The translations under genes and the position numbers were made by a program. From the NCBI GenBank assembly GCA_004022145.1, contig RCNU01000005.1: DNA of 64,000 nucleotides; one strand, written 5' to 3'. This DNA comes from Paecilomyces variotii (lineage: Eukaryota). Of this stretch, positions 1-11,698 are shown piece after piece; position 1 is the first letter of the stretch; the number at the start of each line of letters is the position of its first letter. Below the pieces are notes generated by a model. The model was not told where the DNA came from and did not search any database. It saw nothing but the letters and a program-made list of their open reading frames with translations.

Positions 1-398
1 TCATCGCCAACGGCCAATGCATGAGATAGAGGTCGATGTAGTCCAATCCCAAGTTCTTGAGACTCAGATCAAGTGCTTCCTCCACACGCGTGTGGTAGCT
101 GCACCACAGTTTCGTGGTGACAAAAACATCTTCTCTCTTGACTTTGCCAGATGCAAATGCCTCCTTCAACCCATTTCCAACTTCCTGCTCATTCTGATAG
201 CAAAAGGCAGTATCAATGTGCCGGTAGCCGACAGAGATGGCATGGCTAACAGCAGTCTCGACCTCGCCAGGACCAGATTGCCACGTCCCTGTTCGAATCA
301 GCAATACTCCGTAGCCTCGATGCGTGATGCCTACCAAGTCCAAGGGCTGGAATTTCCGCGCCTGTGTTCAGCTTGAAACGCGTCTCTTCGACAGCCAT
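1..398 (-). CDS. Aldo-keto reductase, 5' part only (runs off the left edge); candidate uronate (D-glucuronate/D-galacturonate) reductase
   Basis: ATG at 398, intron 289-334. Spliced translation [55 protein letters not shown]...TTKLW...[11 protein letters not shown] carries the AKR N-terminal signature and the catalytic Asp/Tyr/Lys/His tetrad. The substrate call is inference. Confidence 0.92.
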
Positions 399-974
399 TG
401 TGGTCGGATTCTGTTTGTAAATTACTGAATAAAGACTCCAGAAGATAATTCTAGTTGCAGTATTCTGTGCCTTCGTTTGCGAGTGTTAGATAATTAGGAC
501 AGAAAGAGAACGACGGTGTTTATTGATAAGGAGAGCAGAAAGGGCTCAACGGTGATGACCGGCTATTGAAGGCTTGAAGCTACCCCGCGGTGGGGGTTCT
601 CGAACGGCATCGATTTGGATGTTGACGCTCTCCCGTAGGTGGATAAACCAGCCCATAGTCAGCTATTATTCCATCAATCACAGTTTCTTCAAGTTCAGTG
701 GCGGTGCTTTCGATACTAATTATATAGGCCCTACTTAGTTATGGTCAATGAGCGCTGTTCAATGTTGGGAATGTTTCCTTTTCGTTTGAAATTCTCTCTT
801 CTCTTCTTTTGTGATGCTTTTACATCTCTACACTGAAGAGTGAGGATATTCCTGTGTATACCAATCACTGCGCATTGGCTCATTATCTATGCACGCAATA
901 GCCCAGCTCTTACATGCGATCCACCAGCTCCAGACCCATTTCTGTCAGTTACTCTGATTCCAATGGAAGCATGT

Positions 975-975
<1 letters not shown>

Positions 976-1014
<39 letters not shown>
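976..1014. repeat. (CT)n microsatellite, 39 nt, in the AKR/MIOX divergent intergenic region
   Basis: Directly visible perfect dinucleotide run. Confidence 0.97.
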
Positions 1015-1016
<2 letters not shown>

Positions 1017-1823
1017 GAAAGAATACCTATCCTCATTGCCTCTATAAGCCTATGGTCACATACCCTCATGAATCTTTCTTTCCATATCCGGCAGTGGAAC
1101 GTCAGTGCGATACAGTTGCCGTTGTCGCACAGATAGCCGCTGTCAGTGCCACGGGGAACATTTCTCATTATGACTGTGTGGAAACAGTTGCGAGTGGTCT
1201 TGAGATGATTAGGAATACGGCTTCCTTTGACCGTTCCCTATTTGCATCCCCACTGTCTCCCCGCACACATTCTCCGACGGTCTGGAGGTGGACAACCGAA
1301 GATGGATGGTCTGAGGCTCGGAAACCAGAATCCATCTCTGGGCCACGGCTGAATTCCGGGGTTGCTCAGCCCCGACATCCCACCAGCCCTATCGTTTCTC
1401 GATCCGACATTGGCTGACATCACGCTGTTTCCATAGCCTGGAGCAGATCCATTCGAGGAGCTTTTCGAGATTGTAGTACACGGGACCGAGAGGGAATCTC
1501 TCGCCGTTCTCTTGCCTGTTCGGTCCAGCTTGTGGCGGAAAGTGGTGGGTGGACGTGTTTGGGGAAGACATATCGGGCTTTGTTGCCTTAGACGAAATCC
1601 TCAAGGGTGTCGGAAATCGCTATCCTATAGATTGTAATGTAATGTGTTCACTCTTCGTAGGATCCCTTCGACCTTCATCTATATAGCTGGGCTCCTCTGT
1701 CTTTCCTCAGACGCTATCACATCGATTGACTTCGTCTCAACTACACTTATCCAGCAACAAAGAAACTAAAGTCTCTAGTTTTTTCCTTTGAGAAAATTCA
1801 CACCAGAAGACAGATCAGTCGCA

Positions 1824-2849
1824 ATGGCCCCCGCTGCTGTTGTGGAAGCTCCTGTGGCTCAGACTCCTGTTCCTTCCTTCAAGAAGGACCGTGATGGACT
1901 GGCCTTGGAGAGCCTGTCCGACGACATTGACAAGGTCAACATTCTGAAGAGTAACCTGAAGAAGGAAAATAAAGACAAGGATATTTACGAGGAGTCTGAC
2001 TTCGACAAGAACAAGGACAAGACCCAGTTCCGCCAGTACGAGGACGCCTGTGACCGTGTCAAGAACTTCTACAAGGAGCAGCACACGAAGCAGACTGTCG
2101 CCTACAACCTCAAGGCTCGCAATGACTTTCACTCTAAGACTCGTGCGGAGATGAGCATCTGGGAAGCCATGGAGAAGCTGAACACATTGATCGACGAGTC
2201 TGACCCCGACACCTCACTTTCTCAGATTGAGCACTTGCTCCAGTCTGCAGAGGCTATCCGCCGGGACGGCAAGCCCAGATGGATGCAGCTGACCGGTTTG
2301 ATCCACGACTTGGGCAAGCTGCTCTACTTCTTCGACGCTCAGGGCCAGTGGGATGTTGTTGGCGACACTTTCCCCGTTGGCCTTGCCTTCGACAACCGAA
2401 TTATCTACGGTACCGAATCCTTCAAGGACAACCCCGACTACGGCCACGATGTCTACGGTACCAAATTTGGAATCTACAGCCCTGGCTGCGGCCTTGACAA
2501 CGTGATGCTCTCATGGGGTCACGACGAGTACCTGTACCATGTCGTCAAGGACCAGTCGACGCTGCCTGAGGAGGCCCTCGCCATGATCCGCTACCACTCC
2601 TTCTACCCGTGGCACAATGCTGGAGCTTACCAAGAGCTCATGAACGACAAGGACCATCAGATGCTGAAGGCAGTCAAGGCTTTCAACCCCTATGACCTCT
2701 ACAGCAAGAGTGACGATGTCCCTTCCGTGGAGGAACTCAAGGTAGGTACCCCTTTCTTCTATAAACAGCTGGAACGCTAACAAACCTCACAGCCATACTA
2801 TCTTGAGCTTATCGATGAATTTTTCCCCAGCAAAGTCATCAAGTGGTAG
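1824..2849 (+). CDS. MIOX: myo-inositol oxygenase
   Basis: Exons 1824-2741 and 2793-2849 (GT-AG intron 2742-2792). MIOX di-iron motifs DESDPD, HLLQSAE, LIHDLGK, QWDVVGDTF, SWGHDEY, IRYHSFY, YDLYSK; ends PYYLELIDEFFPSKVIKW*. Confidence 0.97.
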
Positions 2850-3111
2850 ATCGTTGTATGGAAAAAGCTTCCAATTATTGCCACCTATTGGTGCTACATA
2901 CACCAGATACAGTATGACGCGATGCATTTGTGCTATTTTAATGCCCTATTATCTATGAATCTCCCTTCACATTTGTTAGGCTCTCTGATGATTTATGCCA
3001 CACTATCATTCATACAATGTCTGCATGTTGTTTCCTATGTATGTAATGCCGAAACACCCAGCAGAACGGGCTAAGTAGGGTTGAGTTTGCCAGTACCAAA
3101 ACTAGATTTTG

Positions 3112-3150
<39 letters not shown>
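3112..3150. repeat. Poly(A) homopolymer, 39 nt
   Basis: Directly visible, about 260 nt downstream of the MIOX stop. Confidence 0.95.
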
Positions 3151-3152
<2 letters not shown>

Positions 3153-3909
3153 TTGTGCATGTAAGAAGAAAGAAATGTTCGCGACTATAAAAAATCGAGC
3201 GAAGAGGGTATTTAGTATGTATTAGCCATGTGCCTCTAGCAACTCTGCATGTGTAGTAACCAACTATGGGCTACTCTGCATTATCCTAGTCCTAAGTCTT
3301 ATATATAGCCTAGACCCTATTTGATTCTTAGCAATTTAACAGCTTCGTTGCCAATTCTATGATGAAGATTCTTTCCTCTTTATGTTCTAGGACATACAAA
3401 GAGCTCAATCACTGCCTCCTTCTCTATGCGATTCAGTATTATGCATGCGGAATATTCCCTTCGACCTATATTTTGTTCGAAGATGTCACTGTTGGTAATT
3501 CCTTGATTTAGGGTAGTAGAGGCCTGTTGCAGCTCAGCTTGCGGTATAGTAGCCAGGCGCTGACAGATTAGCTCCTTGGTCGAGTACATGGCAAACTGTG
3601 GTGATTACCATACATCAGCTAATTCGATGAAGTTATCTGTACATACAGAATTAAAGCTTTAGACGACAAGTCGCATCATGAAAGGATGATAATGACGTCT
3701 TGTCAATGTGAACATGGATCTCTTTGTTCAGTACCTCTCTACGATCCACGAAACATGATCCACTCCAGGCAGCAGACGTGTCTACCTAGCCCATGTGACT
3801 TTGGGAAGAGTTTCCATAAACTACATATGCCGCTCCAAGTCTACTACTGGAAGACGACACACATTCTTCTTCTTCCTTCATATTCAGTTCAGTGACTACG
3901 TAAACCGAT

Positions 3910-6397
3910 ATGGAAGAGGAAAACATTCCCACCCCTCCAGAGGGTCCCAGATACACACAGGAAGAATTCCTAGCGATTGTCAATGAGCAGCTAATAAAAG
4001 CAAGTGTCCCAAACCCTCAAAAAGTGTCTCAGAACGGGCCACCTAGTTTATTGCGCTCGATTCGGTCTTCAAGACAAGCACTGACTAGAAAGAACAGGAC
4101 TGCAAGTTAGATGCTTGTATAGACAAGTATTTAATGTCCGCTAAGAATGAAATGGATAAGAAAAATAAACAGGACTATTATCGGCGACCGACACCAGGGT
4201 TCGATGAAGACTCGACCTGCCAGGATTTGAAGAAGCAACTACTGGATGATATCAAGCATCATGTCCCAGAATATTTTGCGAATGAGCAGGATATGGCGCT
4301 GGATAATACAGGGAGCAAGTTGCGTCAACGGATAGACTCTAGATGGAGGAAGTGGACATCTTCTCCTCAAAAGCTTGAAACGGGTGAAACGGGACTGTCT
4401 CTCAATATATATTCTGCTGCTGACCGTCTGTAGAAAACGGAGATTTCAACAAAAAGCTGGTTCAAATCCTGTCTGAGAATCGACTGCGCCAGATCTCTGT
4501 ACAACGTGATACTGGAGCGTCTGAGGGGCCCTCCTCATTGCAGGATGGTGCATTTACTGAAGTTTGTCGTCAGTTGAGGAAGTTGGTTGAAGGAGAAAAT
4601 TCTTCGGCTTCATTCGCCTGCGGTGGAACAATTCCGATCGGGAAGGATGACAATGAACACAATAGCAGTTGTGCGCCAGTTAACTTGTTCTGGAAGACTG
4701 GAGAAGATACACAGGCCCAGAAGTTAGTGCTGCCCCTTACTGACACTCAGGAATCAAATGCTAGTCTGCTTCAACGACTGGTAGATGATTGTTCTCCTGC
4801 CACATTCGGAAGAGGAGACCAAGATGTTCTGGACCCCAGCTATCGCATGGCAGGCAAACTCGACACAGACAAGTTCGCTTCCAATTTTCATCCGGCGGAC
4901 TTCGGTATCTTGGAAAATGTAGAACAAATTCTACTTCCAAGCATTAGGACGGATCTCGAGAACTATCTACAGTTCCGAAAGATAACCGCACATCTGTATA
5001 AGCTGAATGTAATACGCATGATCCTTCTCTAGGTGAGAATAACAAGGTTGAATTTGTCTCTTACAGGTTTACTCTGGGCCTTCAGGCCTCTTTCGTAAAC
5101 ACGTCGACACTCCACGTTCGCAGAACCAGATTGGATCGTTGGTCGTCTGCCTGCCATGCGAGTTCAAGGGTGGAAGGTTGCTCGTCCGTCACGATGGGCA
5201 GGAAGTCGACTTTGATTGGGCCAGCGCAAGCACATCAACTGTTCAATGGGCAGCATTCTACAGCGACTGCGAACATGAGATAGAAACAGTCACAGAGGGC
5301 CATCGTATCACCCTGACATATAACCTCCATGTGACAGAAGCAGTGGGTCTTTCTCTGTTGCCAAACCCGGTTATCGACCCGAAATCGCTTCCGTTGTATG
5401 AATATGTGAAGGGTATCCTTGAAAATCCTGCAGTTTTGAAAGAAGGTATCGGATCTATCCCCATTCAATGATAGTAGGCCATTTCTGATTCGTATGAGCA
5501 GGTGGCGTCCTTGGGTTCTTCTGTTCCTATGCATATCCGCACACTGCGAAGTATGCCAACGAGGCCCTCCCAAGATCCCTCAAGGGTTCAGATTTGGTCC
5601 TGTATTCAGTCTTCAAGTCTCTTGGGATTTTTGTGAAAGTCGTCCCTGTATTGGAACTCGGTGGCTTATACGTTCCAAATGATCCGCAACTTGGGATATC
5701 AGGAAAGACAGAGAAAGGTCAAGGGTACATACGTACGTTTGAAACAAACTACGAAGCCCGAAAGAATCTCGAAAAATTCCGGAAACTTGGCTACATGGAA
5801 TCATACTTGGGATACTCAGGGCCACCGCAACGGACGGGATTGGAGCTGGAATACCAAGACATTGGTGCGACTCTCTCGGACTGGGACGACATCGATAGAC
5901 ATTGGAAAACGATTCTGCTGGGTCGACAAGTGAATGGACTCTCTGAGCTAGAAGAAGTACCGGGTGATTATGATGATTATCATGACTACAATGAAAAACC
6001 AACAGGAACTCGGGTGGGGACACGTCTGCACCCTTATTTCACAAGTGACATAGGCGGGGAAGACATGAGCGAGATAGAAGTAGGTCAGCCGTTTCCATCT
6101 TCCTGGGTACTATACTGATGCGGAAACTACAAACAGGTAGAGGGAGTGTGGCCATTCTACCATCTTCCCGGCATAATTTGGCTCACAGAACCCAAGAGAG
6201 AGGAAATGGCTTTCACCCACCTCACATACGGAAACGAAGCATCGCTTGATACACGATATTCTTGTGCTGCCATTGTCGCCGTCATTCCGCCTTGGAACGA
6301 GAGGATGAACGAGAGGGGGAATGTCCCTGAACAGGCGTCATCTGGAGAAGCGGAGGGAAGTGGCTCTAAAAGAAGGAAGAGGGCTGCTGGGAAATAA
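3910..6397 (+). CDS. 2-oxoglutarate/Fe(II)-dependent oxygenase-like protein (fungal prolyl-4-hydroxylase-like family, function unknown)
   Basis: Six exons join in frame: 3910-3999, 4098-4383, 4434-5008, 5067-5445, 5502-6079, 6137-6397. Motifs YKLNVYSGPSGLFRKHVDTPR (HxD), GSLVVCLP..FKGG.L.VRH and WAAFYSDCEHE..TVTEGHRITLTYNL (distal His and 2OG-binding Arg). The 5' exons are less certain. Confidence 0.8.
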
Positions 6398-7045
6398 AAT
6401 GAGATAGAATCTCAGATGATGCTTTCAACACAGAGGTGAATGGAGCGGGTGGTCCATAGATCCTTGCTATCGACCGGTTCTAGTATATGCTACAATATCA
6501 GACAGTTTAGCTCGTCGTACTCAGAGTATTGAATATTACTCGGTATCCAATATGCAATGGAACTAGCTTCCCGGGTGTGTGATCTCGGAATAATAATACT
6601 CGATCAAGGGGGTCCGGATGGGAAACACCTCCCGGAGCCAGTTTGTTGACCGCCTTTGTACCGTGGGGGCTGCTTTAAAAGGCATTCGTAGGCAGCATCT
6701 TTCTTTGTCAATTGAAGTCATCTAGATTGACTCTCTTGTTTCTGTGAAGGTTGCAGGTCTGGCTGGATCCAATTTATCTGTACGTATCTCGCAAAACGTC
6801 TCGATTGAGGAGCTCTCTTTCTTCGTGGTGGAGCTGTTTCTGCCTCCCCGCAATAAGTATCGGCGTGATGTACTTATGCAATACAGAGATATCGTTCTAA
6901 CAGCGGAGTTTAGGTCTTTTCGATCTTCTTGAAGTCACGTTTACTTCATATCCAGCTCAATTGCACCTTTTTTTTTTATATATAATTTCGACGTGCTCTT
7001 TCTGCTTTGCCTCACTTTCGTTATTTTGTTATACGCAAGTACACC

Positions 7046-8168
7046 ATGGCCCCAACCAAGCTGAGAGTGGGATGCGCCGGTCTCGGTCGCATGGGCAAGC
7101 GCCATGCCCTGCATTTCCTAGAACGCACACCCCGGGCGGAATTGGTGGCTGCTAGTTCTCCCGATGATGAGGAGCTCAAGTGGGCAAAGGTTCATCTGGA
7201 GCCTTTCGGGGTGAAGCTATACAAGAATTACGATGACATGCTGAAGCATGAGGGCCTCGAAGCCGTGGTTGTTGCTTCTGCGACAGCTGTCCATGCTGAG
7301 CAGGCAATCAAGGCCATTGAGGCAGAGAAGCACGTTCTGTGCGAAAAGCCCCTATCAACCAATGTTGAGATTGTAAGGTTTCTTTATGCGATCAACGGAA
7401 AGAAGCGTTGGCTGACTGATGACCAAGTCCCAAACTGTCGTGGATGCAGCTGTAAAGAAGCCACACCTGAAGGTAATGTGTGGTTTCTCTCGTCGATTCG
7501 ATGCTTCCTACCGCGACGCATACCAGAAGATGCAGAGTGGTCTCATCGGACGCCCATCCGTGGTCCGCAGCCAGACCTGTGACAAGCTTGACCCTAGTGG
7601 TTTCTTCGTTGCCTACGCGCAGTTTTCCGGTGGCATCTTCGTCGACTGCTCCATTCATGATATCGACCTGGCCCTCTGGTTCTTCGGTGACGATGCGAAG
7701 GTCAAATCGGTGTCCGCGGTGGGTATCACGGCAGTTGAGCCCGACCTGCGCAAGTACAACGACCGTGACAACGCGGTCGGTCTGGTTGAGTTTTACGACG
7801 GACAGATTGCCTACTTCTACGCATCGCGCATGATGGCTGCGGGTCAGGAGGATTCGACCGAAATCATTGGCACCAAGGGTAAGCTGAGCGTCAACACCCA
7901 GCCTGCCTCGAACCTGGTCAACATCTACGAGCCCACCGGTATCCGTCGGGAGATCCCGCAGCACTACTATGACCGCTTTGAATGGGCATTCGTCACGGAA
8001 GCCAACGAGTTTACCGCTGCTTGCTTGGACAACAAGGAGGCTCCGTTGAAGATTGACGGTGCCGTCAAGGCCGTCCGCATCGGATGTGCTCTGCAGGAGT
8101 CGCTGATTACCGGAAAGAAGATTTTCTTCGACGAAGCCGGCAACAGAGTGGAAAAGAGCAACCTGTGA
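7046..8168 (+). CDS. Gfo/Idh/MocA-family NAD(P)-dependent oxidoreductase, inositol 2-dehydrogenase (IolG/IolX)-like
   Basis: Exons 7046-7372 and 7428-8168. Rossmann GLGRMG, HVLCEKP, GFSRRFD and SGGIFVDCSIHDID motifs. Confidence 0.92.
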
Positions 8169-9386
8169 ACGACGAGAAAGATAAAGATGCCCCTGAAAAA
8201 GAATAATTCGGAAGCCATGGTTGACTTTTGCATTTCGCTATTCTTGCTTTCTGTCTTTCTATGGGTGGGTACATACTGCTTTCCCGCAAGTCATGGCTAT
8301 AGTTATCATTTTGTCGTTATTCAGAATCGCGGGTTTCGTACATTTGGGAATAGGATATAACTATCAGAGTTTAATATCATACTTTTTATCGTTTTCATCT
8401 TTTTTTTTTTTCCTATGAAAGTGATAATGACAAAAGAAGATGATGATTGCGAACGATTGTCTCGGTTTGAGAGACATCTTCTAAGCTCACAATCATCAGT
8501 TTTATACAGTACATCATATACCATTATCTTGCATATGTACTTCGCGTTCCCGTCTCCCCCACGCCACCCCCGCATCTGTATGTTCCCCAGTTATATAATC
8601 CCTGGTTATCTGCGGAATAGACCAAAAAAGACAAATAATGGTCCTTGGTAATACTCAGCGGGAACCGATTTCCGACACACACACCCCCTTCCTCCGCTCC
8701 AGCACTCTCTCGTGCGTTATTATTATGCATAGTTAATACACAGCATATTTGTAGTGGTAATATGCACGTGCACTCCATAGTTACTTATAGGTATTAATCA
8801 TATTTTCAACATGCTGAACTAGATACTGCTTAGAATTTATTGATATCTTCCAAATTCCTATTGCGGAATTGCTTTCGAAAGATTCTTCATTTTCCTAATC
8901 TTACAGAGTTTATATGGTTCTAAACGCATTCTGTTCTCATGCATAAGCCTAGTTTCCCCAGTAAGTCAAGAGATATTCCTGTTTTATAAACCACCATCCT
9001 TTCCATCTTCCTTGTGTTCATGGTTTACCTCTGTTCCAGCTGCTACAAGTGGTGGAAGAGGGGACGAAGACGGCAGGAAGTCCGTCGGGTCAATACTAAA
9101 TGAGCCTTGAGGACATGCTAAGAAGCGCTTCGATTCTGGTTTAGAGTAGGCTTCTTTTTGAGTTCTGTTATTTTTATCTTTATCCATAGCATGTGGCAAA
9201 ATTAGAGATCATATACTCTCTAGTAGCTAGGTACTTGTTTAATACGTAATACATAAGTTAATCGGTAAATCCCATGGCCCACGCCTCAATCTGCATCAAG
9301 CACGGACAAGAAATATTTAACGCTAGAAGCAAGTTAGACAGAGGCCCACAGCTGTCTCAAAACAAATGAGGGTATTATACTATCGC

Positions 9387-11180
9387 TCAAGAACGAGTGT
9401 CAGGTCTTTTCTGTAGGGAAGCTCTTCTGGCCTTGCGCTTGGCGGCCACCTCAACAGGGTCAGCAAAACCATCACCCTTCAGCCATGCTAGGCCCTTCCT
9501 GATGCCACGGCTGTCGACCGCCGCCGGCTTTCTTTCCAGCACCGAACCCAACAGTGCCCAAGCCAGGACGATCAGCCAGAGCTCGCCGCCCTTCCACCCA
9601 CGCCATAATCCGCGCTTCACACCGGACTTCCATGCGGAATACAAGGCTGCACGGAAGATGTAAAGGAAGTTGCTGCGGCCATTGGCCACAAACGCGAACG
9701 GCAGACCACCGATCGCACCGCTCAGGAAGAAGCGCTTCGTCGGGAGGAAAGAGCGCGGCAAGAAAAAGTTCAACAAACAGATACTTCCCCATGCAGAACT
9801 AAGAGCTGCGGAGAGCACTGCTGTCATTGTGACGATCTGCTTGGAGAGTGTATTCGCCGATGAAAATGGTTGTGCCAGCAGACTCTTGTATTTGGCTGCT
9901 GACAACGCAACGACCACAGCAGTCAAGAGACGACCAAGACGAGGAACAGACAGCAATACCTGGTGAAGGAATGCCGTGCTGCAGCTGGGGGTGCTCGGGT
10001 GCATAAGGGCGCATGATAGTGACGATATCAACGGATGCGCAGGGGACGTGATAGGAGAGATTGACTCGACAGCCGACGGCAAGGTATTTAGGTCTCCCGG
10101 GTGGAGAATTGGAGAGATGAAAGGTCTGCTCAGAGTTAGCCACTCCGCACATTCTGGATCGAGGGGATGTCAACATACGGCCATCTTAATTTCGCGATTT
10201 TGCTCAATGAGTCGACCAGCTCATAATCACTCGGCCATTGATGATCTGCGAGAAGGCTGGATGGCGGCTGGTGCATATAGCCTGGGGAGAACCTTAGGAT
10301 AGCATCACCGAACCACTTTTGCCGTTAGCTATCTCGAATGTATCATGAAGACAGTCATCAACACGAACCTTTGGTATGGTCTCCCGGTCGTATATAAAGG
10401 CATGGAAAAGCTGCGCCCCAGACAATGGCATCAAGAGCCAGCTGCCAAACCACGACGGACGGTGGGCAAAATATCCCTTATCTTCCAGAAGATTATAAAG
10501 AAACTCCAAGCTTTTCGTAGCCGTATACAACGCGACGCTTATTCGCAACTGGCTCTCCGGATAAACGCCCAGAGCAAACCCCGCAAGACTAGCCCCGATA
10601 GCAGGCGCATATCGCGAAGTCAGAGCTTTGGAGACCCGTGGATTTCGTTCTCTGAATGGCCTAGCATCTTCGGTACGCAGGTTCGCACGTAATCGAGTAA
10701 AGAATCGATGCAGGATACGGTGGAGAAAGAGCACAAGCGAAAGTGCCAGAGACAGTCGAAACTTCGGGGAGTGAATGAAGGCAACACGAGACTTGCTCCT
10801 ATATCACGTAGGAAATTGTTAACCATCAGCGCACAATATTTCAGAGAAATAGTTATAGCAAGCGAATCTCACTTTGTGGTTTCTCCCCGGATCTTCTGCA
10901 GGATCAGATCCACCAGCTTCAATCCGGTGCCTGTTGCGAGGAATACCCGCACCGAAGCTCGGATGGCAGCCTCGTTGTATTTCTCCTTCGAGGAAACTAT
11001 CTCCTCGAACCTCGATGGTGTCGGTAGATGGTTTCGCACCAAAGACGGAGATCGCTTGATCAGCTGTTCGTGCAGGAGCTTGTACTCCTTTGCGCTCAAC
11101 GTCACACGCAGCGCATTGCGGACGATGGGGTTGACGGTAGGCCTGGAGGCGGAGGAAGCGGATTCCTCTGCAGGCGACAT
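9387..11180 (-). CDS. Integral membrane protein, TMEM135/peroxisomal membrane protein-like
   Basis: Four exons join in frame, from ATG 11180 (MSPAEESASS...) through ORFs 10869-11225, 10294-10734 and 9387-10082; multiple hydrophobic segments (GASLAGFALG, RFFLSGAIGG). Family call from memory. Confidence 0.65.
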
Positions 11181-11698
11181 GATCCGGGATAAGGCCTTGG
11201 ATGATTCAAGACATGGGGAGAGCAATGGAATGATTGTTCATTGCAGTATCCTGAAGATGTCGCCAACTGTCCGTCCTTTGTTGGCCATGACGGATGAAGA
11301 GTTGGCTGTCCTGCGCGGCACACTTAGACCTCGGCACGAGGTCCTTGGCGCCCAAGTATGTTCTTCTTAGATCTACTCAAGCAATTTTGATGAGAACATC
11401 CAAGCCTGGTCGTATAGTGTTGATTGGATATCTACCGCTCAAGGACTTCTACTATCGCCATAAAGGGGAATTTTCTATCAGTCGACCTCGACTCCGTTGC
11501 CGTCTCGATCATTATCGCGAAACTTCAAAGCATGTGATGAAACGACGACTACAACGGCAGAGTACAATAACAAAAAAGAAAAACTGAACACTCCCCAAAC
11601 CGATCATGCTCCCGGAGATGAAACCGAGAGAAAGACACTAACAATACAAAACCATCCCTGTGGTCTGCTGCGCCATAGACTCCGGATATAGCTTAAGA

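Noticed and set aside
3112-3150. Poly(A) run as the tail of a retrocopy or SINE
   Set aside because: MIOX retains an intron, and I see no target-site duplication or Pol III boxes; treated as a simple homopolymer.
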